A stretch of 38,723 bases of DNA from Rickettsiales bacterium (GCA_947424985.1 CANDYN010000001.1:1-38723); one strand, 5' to 3'. Counted from the first letter of the stretch, positions 27,081 to 35,439 are shown. Notes: generated by a model from the sequence alone, not told the origin. Numbers and translations: made by a program.

Positions 27081-28931
27081 TTAATTAGATTTCTTATCGT
27101 CAGCTGGGGCAATAGCTGCATTATCCATAGGTGGAGGTGCTTGCTCTTTTTTCATGCTTTTATTCGGCTTTCCAACAATAATTTTTTGCGTTGGAACATA
27201 GCTTTTCTTCATCAATCTTCTCATAAAAAATCTATCTTCATAATATTTTATCTTCTTGGTCCTAATCGGACCGGACGCTTCTATTAATATTATCTGATCG
27301 TCTTTTGGAAGAGAAATTACCTCTTGCGGCAAGAGCAATGCACGAGAACTTGCTGAAACGTTTTGAGAGCGAGATCCAGGATTAAAATCCAAAAATTTCG
27401 GCTTACTGAAAGAAGTTGATTCAACGGTCGTATTACCAACAAGATCGGAAATTAATTTCGCTGTTTCCATGTTATTCGCAGCGAAAGTGATACGGTAAGT
27501 TGCATTTGATAAAAATGAGTTCATACCCGCATCTTCATATGCACCTTTTAGCTGTTGAGTATCTTGAATAACCAAAAACAGACGAACATGATAACCCCGA
27601 AAATAGGCGATTCCTGCCAAAAATTGCTCAAGCTTTCCAAGGGTTGGAAACTCATCCATAAAAAATAAAACTCCGTAAGGTTCATCTTTTCCCGGCATTC
27701 TTTTGCTCAAAAACTCCGTTGCCTGCTGATAAAACATCGCCATCAAAGACTTTAAACGCTGTATGTTATCCGGCGTAATCCCACAAAAAACCGTCGTTGG
27801 CTTTTTTTTCATTTGCTGTACATCAAAATCACTCCTTGATGTTGTTACGTCGATTATCGGATTGGCCCAAAGTTCAAGCCCCGAACTCATTGTTGACATA
27901 ACCCCCGAACGCTCTTTGTCGGCTTTTTGTAAAAATGCTGCAAGATTCATATACGCAACGGGACTTATTTTATCTCCAAGCGTATCCAAAACAACGGCCA
28001 TATTATATGCAAAATCATCGCTCCGAAGTTCACGAACAACCTGTCCAAAGCTTGCCACTTTATCATTTGCTGAACATAAATAAAGCATCACGGCCGTACA
28101 AAGCGTCCTTGCTTCATTTTCCCAAAATTCTCTCTTTGGAAGCAATAAATTGGCTAGCTTTTGAACGTCATCCACCATTTGCCCCGGCTTCTTTGAAACC
28201 CAATCCATCGGGTTATAACAATGACTTATTCCGTCTGAATCCGCAGGAGACCAAACAAAAACTTTTTGCTGAAGTTCCTTAACTCGCCAGCCACTTGCTA
28301 AATCAAAATTTTCAAGCTTAATATCATGACAAATAAGAGACTCTTTCCAAAAAAGACAATTTGGAATCGCAAATCCAACCCCCTTCCCCGATCCCGTTGG
28401 CGCAAAAAGTAAAATATGCTGATAACCAGCAGCAATTAAATATCCTTTTTTGTCGTTCCCAAGCAAAATACCTTCTTTTGCACGAAGCCCCAGCTTTCTT
28501 ATTTCCTTCTCAGTTGCCCAGTGAGCATCACCATATAAAGATTCAGGCTTTTTTATAGGAACAAAAGATGTAATTTGTTCACGATATTTATGCACGATAA
28601 ATATACCAATAAAATTTGGAATTACAATAGAACCCAATATTTTAGGAAGTAAAAAACCCGCATTATCAAAAGCAATAGCACTTTTATATTTCCAATAATA
28701 CGATAGATAGTAAAATGAATATTTATACAAAAGCTCAAAGTGATAAACTATATCACGATCGGATATTAATTTTTTAAACAACGCAAAAACCCAAGCAATA
28801 TTTGTCATTAAAGCGATAAAAGTAAGAATACATACGTACTCAAAAAGACAAATAACAATTGAATATACAAGAGTTAATATAACAAAATTTTGTATATTTC
28901 TTGTCTGTGACGTTGGATCAAATCTCTTCAC
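27081..28931 (-). CDS. virD4: type IV secretion coupling protein VirD4/TraG
   Basis: Has two N-terminal TM helices, Walker A LLFAPTGSGKGVGFAIPN, Walker B-like VLFFMDEFPTLG and the RGYHVRLFLVIQDTQQL block. The start codon is GTG, with an in-frame stop two codons upstream. Confidence 0.9.
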   Translation of the reverse strand: MKRFDPTSQTRNIQNFVILTLVYSIVICLFEYVCILTFIALMTNIAWVFALFKKLISDRDIVYHFELLYKYSFYYLSYYWKYKSAIAFDNAGFLLPKILGSIVIPNFIGIFIVHKYREQITSFVPIKKPESLYGDAHWATEKEIRKLGLRAKEGILLGNDKKGYLIAAGYQHILLFAPTGSGKGVGFAIPNCLFWKESLICHDIKLENFDLASGWRVKELQQKVFVWSPADSDGISHCYNPMDWVSKKPGQMVDDVQKLANLLLPKREFWENEARTLCTAVMLYLCSANDKVASFGQVVRELRSDDFAYNMAVVLDTLGDKISPVAYMNLAAFLQKADKERSGVMSTMSSGLELWANPIIDVTTSRSDFDVQQMKKKPTTVFCGITPDNIQRLKSLMAMFYQQATEFLSKRMPGKDEPYGVLFFMDEFPTLGKLEQFLAGIAYFRGYHVRLFLVIQDTQQLKGAYEDAGMNSFLSNATYRITFAANNMETAKLISDLVGNTTVESTSFSKPKFLDFNPGSRSQNVSASSRALLLPQEVISLPKDDQIILIEASGPIRTKKIKYYEDRFFMRRLMKKSYVPTQKIIVGKPNKSMKKEQAPPPMDNAAIAPADDKKSN

Positions 28932-28934
28932 CTG

Positions 28935-28954
28935 TTAATCAAAATTAATCAAAA
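28935..28954. repeat. perfect tandem 10-bp direct repeat (TTAATCAAAA x2)
   Basis: Read directly: ttaatcaaaa ttaatcaaaa. On the minus strand it ends 3 nt upstream of the virD4 GTG start. Confidence 0.9.
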
Positions 28955-29016
28955 TAAGTAAAATATAAATATTTAATATTAGGTATAATAAAGAAAATAA
29001 TTTTCAAGAACAATTT

Positions 29017-32000
29017 TTACTTATCCCGCTTACCGTCACCGCTCGGCAAATTTGAAGTATTCTTCTCATCTTCATCACGGGTCGCTTTTTCACCAGCTTC
29101 ATGGTCACCTTTTTTAAAAGCATTTGCAGCCTTTCTTCCTGTGCTTTCAACCATATTTTTTCCAACATTAGCAGCGCCCATGACACCACTGGCAACGGTA
29201 CTCGCAATTTTCCCCGGACTAATTGATGACATTTTCCCAATACCACCCTTAATATCCAAACCTCCACCACCAAGCATAGACTGCAAAGAACTTTCAAACT
29301 TATCAATCAACTCAAGGCTTATTGACATACTTATTAAAACCATTAAAGATTTTAAAAATACAGCATAATAAAATTCAGTTTCCGAAAAAGTACTAGCAGC
29401 CACAAAAGCAACAGCTATCAAAGCAAAAGGTAAAACCGGCAGCATCCAAAGTGCAAAAAACGAGATTGCAGCAGCGGATGAGCTTTTACTTTCTGCCATT
29501 ACATGCATAATACACGCATACGGAGTATCTTTTATATCTTTAATAGTTAATTCATCTGTCTCAGTTACCGGCCCAGATCCTTCATGTGAAACACATGTAT
29601 CTGAAATAGTTCCATCTGCATTAAACAATGTAGAGGCATCATACCCTGGATTATCAGCTGAATACATTATAGCATCACCAATCTTCATAACAATTACAAT
29701 CAATAAAAATGTCGAAGGCGGATATATTATATAGCTCATTAACCCCTTTTTCCATTGATCATAAATACCTTGAGTAAATGCAAATAGACAGCATGGAATG
29801 GCAATTGGAGAAACGTAAATGTAAAGTATTAAATACATCATTCCAACAATATAATTTTGCGCAATCTTAATTACAACTGTAATAAGCATTGCTGTGTGAG
29901 TTAAAATTATAATTGATGACATAAAACCAATAAGACTTGAGAACGCAAGCTTTATAGCGGTAATAATAACCTTCGGAAGCCCTTCTGAGTTGACGTTAAT
30001 ATATTTTTCAATCTTACAATCAAGAGTATCAAACAATCCCAAATATCCATTGTCCCTATAAGAACCTGCGTCTGTTTTGTAAACTGGGTATTTTCCCCTA
30101 GTTAGATTTTGTTCAGATCGATATTGATCGGTTACACGCTTCAGCAATATTCTATCAAGCCTGTCGTTAAATGGATTTAACCCATCTGATGAAAATGGAT
30201 ATCGATATTTTCCATTTGCCCTTCCAACATAAAACCCAGTCGCAATAATTCCGTTTGACATTGTATAGTATTCTCTATCCGGCAAATAACCTAGTGCCAT
30301 TAAATCTTCAATATGATATCCATCCGCAACATACATCTCCTCGACACCAACAGATTCACACACAAGCATATCAATGTTTCGAATTGTTTTTAATGTTGCA
30401 TAAAATGGCTGACTGCCGGCCTGTGATCCAACTTCGCCAACATTGCAATTTGAATCTCTACACGATATTAGTTGTTCATTCGAGTTTATACACCTCACTG
30501 GCAAATACGATCTGTCACCATATCCATCTATTACTGAGTGCAATTTCGTCAACAAATCACCACTTACCCGTACCGGTAAAAATGGAACTTCATAATTTGG
30601 AGATGGCCAAAATTCTCCCCTTCTGCAGTAAAAAGTGCGAATGTGAGTAATTGGGTCCTGCATGAAAAAAAGCCTTCCAAGTCCACCCTGTGCTACGCAA
30701 AATCCACTATCTATCAATGCCATCATAGCTGAACCACTTGAACCAAGCTCGCTGCTATCCCCAGTTTCCATATATCTTATCGAAGCTGCACTCGTCAAGC
30801 CTTGCTGTGCATCCAACTTATTTTGATTAACTTTAAAATATTTAGGATGTCTCGCACATCCATCTTTGTCCTCCAAATATACAACTTCCATCATTAATTC
30901 AGCAACTGCAGACGATGCATTCATAAGCAAATTAATTCCATAATCCTTCCAACCGCTCCCAAGCGTAAAATATACAACAATTCCAATTGATACAAACTGA
31001 TTAAAAATTTCCTTTATTTTGACTTCAAGTGTTCCGGTCAATAATCGAAACCCAAGTATCATTACATATAAAATCAAACAAGTTATAATAAATGCTTTAA
31101 AGTAAGATTGAAATCTACCATATACTGTTTGTTTAAAATTTGATATAGAAGATTGAATGGTTTCATCCTCAAAGGCTTCAAGTGCTGTCAATGCGGAACC
31201 AATGGCAACCATGTCCGTTCCTAAACTTTCATAGAATTGTGCAAAATTGTCATCCGTCACGGCTGATACTGAAAAACCGGAATCTGTTATACCGGCAAGC
31301 TTATCCTTATACTCATCCGTAAGACTTGGTCTATCTGCAGAAGCAATATTGGAATAATTATCTGATTTCATAGCCCGTAGCATTTTTACCATATTAATGT
31401 ATTGCACATCATACTTTATTATCTCATTAATATCACTGATATCCCGAAGCTTAGTTGTTGTATTTCCATCACCAATATTAGATATAACACCTGTACTTTT
31501 ATAGCTTTGCATATTAGCAAATACCTTTCTAATTATATTTTTATCAGCTGATATCCTAGACAACATGTCAGTAGTAACCTCATCCACCTCCATAAAGCCA
31601 TCCTGCAAAGGTATATTCTTCTCAAATAAATTTCTCAAAGTACCTATTATACATTCGGCAGCTGGTGCGGTCATGCTAAAAGCACCTGGATTTTTACTAC
31701 TCCCCTTCATATCTTTGCATGCTTGATCTATAATATTATTATCAATTTTTATCTCATTTCCCCACGAATCTCCAGCTCTGATCATTCTGCAGTGCGCCAA
31801 AAAGCCGTTACTCGTTGCAAAGCTTCCCATGTCAAACTGACCGGTATCTTGATCAATCCCCGGTTTACCTTGTGCCGGTTGTAAAGATGGCATTGTTTCA
31901 CTGGCATGCCCCAATGGAATTCTACATGGACATGTTGAAGACGTTCGTACACACAAAATACCCGACTCACCCTTTAAGGCATACGCGCAATATCTAATAC

Positions 32001-32646
32001 CCTTGTAACCAAAACACTCGTTTTTCTTGATCCATTGTTGAAACACACGTGGCCCATCAACGCTTTCAACGCAAATTTTGTTACTTTTACTCGCAATAAA
32101 ATTATTATTCGGATCATTACCGGTTACATAATAATGCATGTTTTTAATTTGTTTATTCGTATATGGAAATGGAGATGACTCACTTCTGTCATTATCCGGA
32201 TCATCTTGACATATCCTTATATAATCAGCTCCCAAAGTGGATGCCAAAAGCCAAGCACCCATGATTTCCAAAGCCGATGCCGTTCCTGCACCTAAAGCTG
32301 CAAGCTCTGCAAGAGCTGATGCAACAAAAGGCGGCGTTTCAATGCTTAATAAATATTGCTTAGTTGCTATAAATGTAGCAAGGTAAACACCCCCCACCGA
32401 ACCCGCAAGTGTAGCTGTTTGAGCAGAACACCAAACTGACTCTTCGTATGGACCTCCACCTATGACTGCTTTAAAAAAATATGATAAATCAAAATAACAA
32501 TATTGCTCAAAATCTGGACTCATTTCATTCATAGCCTTTTGAGCCCCTATAACCAAAAGAACCACGGTACCAATTACTGCATTTGATTTTTGTGGAGCAG
32601 CAAAAACGCTGCTGAAAATTAAAAAACAAATAAGTAGTATTTTCAT
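29017..32646 (-). CDS. virB6: giant VirB6/TrbL-like polytopic T4SS membrane protein (rvhB6-like, 1209 aa)
   Basis: Has a signal peptide and N-terminal Gly/Ala-rich TM segments. Two Cys-rich soluble inserts are present. The TM core contains YIYVSPIAIPCCLFAFTQGIYDQWKKGLMSYII, a TrbL/VirB6-like F-x-x-T-x-x-x-x-x-x-W block. The C-terminal tail is Gly-rich and charged. Confidence 0.6.
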   Translation of the reverse strand: MKILLICFLIFSSVFAAPQKSNAVIGTVVLLVIGAQKAMNEMSPDFEQYCYFDLSYFFKAVIGGGPYEESVWCSAQTATLAGSVGGVYLATFIATKQYLLSIETPPFVASALAELAALGAGTASALEIMGAWLLASTLGADYIRICQDDPDNDRSESSPFPYTNKQIKNMHYYVTGNDPNNNFIASKSNKICVESVDGPRVFQQWIKKNECFGYKGIRYCAYALKGESGILCVRTSSTCPCRIPLGHASETMPSLQPAQGKPGIDQDTGQFDMGSFATSNGFLAHCRMIRAGDSWGNEIKIDNNIIDQACKDMKGSSKNPGAFSMTAPAAECIIGTLRNLFEKNIPLQDGFMEVDEVTTDMLSRISADKNIIRKVFANMQSYKSTGVISNIGDGNTTTKLRDISDINEIIKYDVQYINMVKMLRAMKSDNYSNIASADRPSLTDEYKDKLAGITDSGFSVSAVTDDNFAQFYESLGTDMVAIGSALTALEAFEDETIQSSISNFKQTVYGRFQSYFKAFIITCLILYVMILGFRLLTGTLEVKIKEIFNQFVSIGIVVYFTLGSGWKDYGINLLMNASSAVAELMMEVVYLEDKDGCARHPKYFKVNQNKLDAQQGLTSAASIRYMETGDSSELGSSGSAMMALIDSGFCVAQGGLGRLFFMQDPITHIRTFYCRRGEFWPSPNYEVPFLPVRVSGDLLTKLHSVIDGYGDRSYLPVRCINSNEQLISCRDSNCNVGEVGSQAGSQPFYATLKTIRNIDMLVCESVGVEEMYVADGYHIEDLMALGYLPDREYYTMSNGIIATGFYVGRANGKYRYPFSSDGLNPFNDRLDRILLKRVTDQYRSEQNLTRGKYPVYKTDAGSYRDNGYLGLFDTLDCKIEKYINVNSEGLPKVIITAIKLAFSSLIGFMSSIIILTHTAMLITVVIKIAQNYIVGMMYLILYIYVSPIAIPCCLFAFTQGIYDQWKKGLMSYIIYPPSTFLLIVIVMKIGDAIMYSADNPGYDASTLFNADGTISDTCVSHEGSGPVTETDELTIKDIKDTPYACIMHVMAESKSSSAAAISFFALWMLPVLPFALIAVAFVAASTFSETEFYYAVFLKSLMVLISMSISLELIDKFESSLQSMLGGGGLDIKGGIGKMSSISPGKIASTVASGVMGAANVGKNMVESTGRKAANAFKKGDHEAGEKATRDEDEKNTSNLPSGDGKRDK

Positions 32647-32677
32647 TTATACAAACAAGACTAGATATTTTTACCCA

Positions 32678-33898
32678 TTAATAAAATCTTATACCAGCTT
32701 CAATCCCATGCGTTGAAAACTTTGAAAACTCAATATTTCTATCATATAACAACCTGTCAGCAGTAAGACCTGTATTTGCGGAATTTAAATCCCTATCGGT
32801 ATAATTGTTGGCAAAAGTCCTTCCTTTTCCAAGAATTGTTGATCTGAACCCAACAAAGAATGTTTTTTGTGAATCTATATCCATGTTGATATGCGCAAAC
32901 AACGAAAACATTGGTGCAACGCCACCAGCCGCCGCCGGAGTCTTAAACTCAAAATAAGCAACTCCAACTCCAGCTCCAATAGAAGGATAGATCCAAGAAA
33001 CTTGTCTTAAGAAATCAAAACTTGCATTGAAACTCAAGTTATAAAAATGCCCACTTCCGTAATCTTTATCTATATTAAAATTCGCTGCATCAACACCGCT
33101 CATCCTGGTCTGACTAATATTTTTATTACTGCCACTATTGAGTGAATGCATCGCAGATGATATATCAAAGCGCAAAGCCGAATACCCGAATGTAGGCTTT
33201 TCAACCCCAACCGCAACAGCAAAATATGGTGATTTTCCATATTCTCTGTCAAGAGAAAAATTTTCGATATCCGACTCACCGGGACTTGCCGTCACCCCCG
33301 TTGCTGCATTATATACACCAGTCGTTTCTTTTGATATAAACTTAGCACTTCCGCCAATACTAGTTCCAAGCGTTATTGAAGTATAAAATCTATTTTTATT
33401 TGGCCTTGGATCCTTTGGAGGTGTAATTACTTGCTGCGCTTTTACCTCCGGTATTTTAAACACACCAGCCTCCTCTTTATCAGTTTTTGCAATCAACCTT
33501 TGTCTTGCGAGCATCATAAAATACGGATTTGCCTGACTATCGTTTTCAGACGTAACGGGTATATATCTGTATTGCCTTTCACCCGTTTTATTGTTAATTA
33601 TTACATTAACATGACAATTTCTACTACAATCTCCTGATTCACAGGGGCATTTCACAATTTTAGAATCATTGCCCTTTTTAACATTCGCATAATTGACATC
33701 ATACTCTTCTTTTGTAATAAATTTATCAGTTTTTCTGCCAACTTTCGTATCAGATCGAATACCATTTATAACTTGTTCATCAGAAGACCCAACTTCCTTA
33801 AAATACTCCGGCGGAAACTCGAGAGGCTTTTTTTCCTCCGCATAGACGTTTGACGTACAAACTAATAATAAAAACAATAACAAAATACAACACTTCAT
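32678..33898 (-). CDS. outer-membrane beta-barrel protein with ~170-aa N-terminal extension
   Basis: Has the signal peptide MKCCILLLFLLLVCTSNVYA|EE. The C-terminal half shows alternating beta-strand patterns and ends GIEAGIRFY (terminal aromatic). The barrel starts FYTSITLGTS, like the Rickettsiales surface-antigen / OMP_b-brl families. The N-domain has KCPCESGDCSRNCH. Confidence 0.6.
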   Translation of the reverse strand: MKCCILLLFLLLVCTSNVYAEEKKPLEFPPEYFKEVGSSDEQVINGIRSDTKVGRKTDKFITKEEYDVNYANVKKGNDSKIVKCPCESGDCSRNCHVNVIINNKTGERQYRYIPVTSENDSQANPYFMMLARQRLIAKTDKEEAGVFKIPEVKAQQVITPPKDPRPNKNRFYTSITLGTSIGGSAKFISKETTGVYNAATGVTASPGESDIENFSLDREYGKSPYFAVAVGVEKPTFGYSALRFDISSAMHSLNSGSNKNISQTRMSGVDAANFNIDKDYGSGHFYNLSFNASFDFLRQVSWIYPSIGAGVGVAYFEFKTPAAAGGVAPMFSLFAHINMDIDSQKTFFVGFRSTILGKGRTFANNYTDRDLNSANTGLTADRLLYDRNIEFSKFSTHGIEAGIRFY

Positions 33899-33910
33899 AA
33901 CATCAAAAAA

Positions 33911-34492
33911 TCAAGTCAAATGCTCAAATATATAGTTTTGAAGCAAAGCTCTACACGTTGGTAATGTACTATTATAACTTAAAAATATATTTTGCAATAG
34001 TATATAGTTATTATTTTTTATATCGCTATCAACATCAGACTGCATCAAGCTTTCCCCGGTTTCAGATATTAAAATATTTTCAAAAATAAGATATTGTTTT
34101 AATATATCTTCATCTTTATTGTAATTTTCTTTACAAAATATTAACAGTTTTAACAATTCACTATATAAAATTTCATGAGAATCAGATTTTATCAAAGAAT
34201 ATATCAAAAAACATGCGGAATTTATACATAAAATTGCAGCCCTATTCATCATTAGAATAGATGAATACGATTTCAAGCAAGAAGCGCTTATCAAGCCAAG
34301 AGAGCCCTCGCGACCTGCCCAAGAAAAGGACACAAAATTTGAAATTTGATAAATTGATGAATTTTTCTTCGAATTTGCACTTTTTACAAAACCCGAAATA
34401 ATTAATCCACTTTCCGATAAAACGCGAACCAAAGCATTCGAGTCACCAAGTTGCTTTAAATATATAATTACTCCAAGTTCATTCTTAATCAT
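33911..34492 (-). CDS. recO: DNA repair protein RecO (short form)
   Basis: The N-terminal OB-fold pattern LGVIIYLKQLGDSNALVRVLSESGLIISGFVKSANSKKNSSIYQISNFVSFSW...CLKSY aligns by eye with rickettsial RecO. At 193 aa it is shorter than the usual ~240. Confidence 0.65.
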   Translation of the reverse strand: MIKNELGVIIYLKQLGDSNALVRVLSESGLIISGFVKSANSKKNSSIYQISNFVSFSWAGREGSLGLISASCLKSYSSILMMNRAAILCINSACFLIYSLIKSDSHEILYSELLKLLIFCKENYNKDEDILKQYLIFENILISETGESLMQSDVDSDIKNNNYILLQNIFLSYNSTLPTCRALLQNYIFEHLT

Positions 34493-34567
34493 TGATCAAC
34501 GATTACAATCTACTATATTCTTGCGATCTTCAAACATCGATATACCAATAAACAAAATACCATAAAA

Positions 34568-34870
34568 TTACTCAATCTTATTTTTATTCTCATCAAACTT
34601 ACAATTTGCTTTTTGATTATCACTATTACCACAATACGGAAGATCGTCACCACTACTGGTACCAGGAACGGGTACCGTAACGGGAACTTCTGTCACATTC
34701 GAAAAGTTAAATTTTTCATTCCCCCCAAATCGATACTCCTTATGAGCCTTGCGATAATAACTAATTCTTCCACGCCCCTTACCCCATCTTTTATTGTTGT
34801 ATTTGGCATTGGCAAAATCTGTCTCAAAAAAGAAAATGATGAACGATAAGATAACAAATAGCTTAATCAT
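34568..34870 (-). CDS. small secreted cationic protein (100 aa)
   Basis: Has the signal peptide MIKLFVILSFIIFFFETDFANA|KY. The mature N-terminus is basic (KYNNKRWGKGRGRISYYRKAHKEYRFGG). A C-terminal Cys loop CGNSDNQKANC is present. Confidence 0.55.
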   Translation of the reverse strand: MIKLFVILSFIIFFFETDFANAKYNNKRWGKGRGRISYYRKAHKEYRFGGNEKFNFSNVTEVPVTVPVPGTSSGDDLPYCGNSDNQKANCKFDENKNKIE

Positions 34871-34873
34871 GAT

Positions 34874-34906
34874 AAAAAAACATTAAGGCAAATGCAATAT
34901 TTGCCT
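34874..34906 (-). terminator. candidate intrinsic terminator between the two small secreted-protein genes
   Basis: The minus strand reads AGGCAAAT-attgc-ATTTGCCT, an 8-bp perfect stem with a 5-nt loop. It is followed by taatgTTTTTTT, and the start codon of the next gene follows immediately. Confidence 0.45.
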
Positions 34907-34933
34907 AAAGTTAAAAGTCAAAAATTACACTAC

Positions 34934-35128
34934 TTATTCCACTACGTTCATTTCCTCTTGCGTCGGTGTAACCTCCTTTTCACCCTTCTTCGTAGTGTCT
35001 TTATTTTTCATGTGTTTTTCCGCCTTGTTTTTTTTATTGCAGCTATGATCTTTTTTATGACACGCACTAGCTGAAACTATACCAAAAGAAAGAAACAAAA
35101 ACGATAAAATAGAAAATAACTTAGTCAT
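34934..35128 (-). CDS. small secreted Lys/His-rich protein (64 aa)
   Basis: The signal peptide MTKLFSILSFLFLSFGIVSASA|CH is similar to that of the neighbouring gene. The mature peptide is CHKKDHSCNKKNKAEKHMKNKDTTKKGEKE... with an acidic tail. Confidence 0.5.
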   Translation of the reverse strand: MTKLFSILSFLFLSFGIVSASACHKKDHSCNKKNKAEKHMKNKDTTKKGEKEVTPTQEEMNVVE

Positions 35129-35150
35129 AAAATAAAAAATTTATAGCTTG

Positions 35151-35180
35151 ATACTGCCGCAAATTATATCTAATTGTCAA
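35151..35180 (-). promoter_or_regulatory. candidate promoter for the small secreted-protein gene (TTGACA-N18-CAGTAT)
   Basis: The minus strand reads TTGACA attagatataatttgcgg CAGTAT. It lies about 20 nt upstream of the ATG at 35128. The architecture is identical to the element upstream of rpsD. Confidence 0.3.
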
Positions 35181-35199
35181 CAGAAAAATAAAAAAAATA

Positions 35200-35228
35200 T
35201 TGACTTTTAAAAAATATGCCATAGTTTC
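35200..35228 (+). promoter_or_regulatory. candidate promoter upstream of tRNA-Ile (TTGACTtTTAAAAAATAT motif)
   Basis: TTGACTTTTAAAAAATATGCCATAGTTT ends 8 nt before the tRNA 5' end. It shares a near-identical 18-nt core with 35440..35457. Confidence 0.3.
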
Positions 35229-35235
35229 AAAGAAC

Positions 35236-35312
35236 GGGTTTGTAGCTCAGCTGGTTAGAGCGCTTCTCTGATAAGGAAGAGGCCGATGGTTCGAGTCCAT
35301 CCAGACCCACCA
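35236..35312 (+). tRNA. tRNA-Ile (anticodon GAU), CCA encoded
   Basis: Folded by hand into a cloverleaf. The acceptor stem is GGGTTTG/CAGACCC and the D-stem is GCTC/GAGC. The anticodon stem is CTTCT/GGAAG with loop CTGATAA. The T-arm is GATGG-TTCGAGT-CCATC, followed by discriminator A and CCA. Confidence 0.93.
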
Positions 35313-35439
35313 GTTTTTAAAAAATCTCTTCGTAGATGATTAAAAAGTTACTTTGCGACATAACCAACTCATAACTTTATGATCGCTGTCCAGTAAAAAT
35401 ATAGCGTTATCCGTAAAACAAAGTTTTTGTAAAATAAAC

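Noticed and set aside
27763-28558. Plus-strand ORFs (65-115 aa) inside virD4, with similar ones inside htpG (25390, 25819, 26698) and the VirB6-like gene (29141, 30255, 31815)
   Set aside because: They are antisense or alternative-frame chance ORFs within strongly supported genes.
29004-29306. 100-aa minus-strand ORF overlapping the 3' end of the VirB6-like gene in another frame
   Set aside because: It lies on the same strand in an alternative frame and is rich in L/V/K/R from frame-shifted codons. The VirB6-like frame continues with a coherent Gly-rich / charged tail.
35313-35439. 127-nt untranslated stretch between tRNA-Ile and the rpmJ promoter-like element, considered as a possible small RNA
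   Set aside because: I could find no convincing stem-loops, no terminator and only a 12-codon ORF. I cannot support an ncRNA call from sequence alone.
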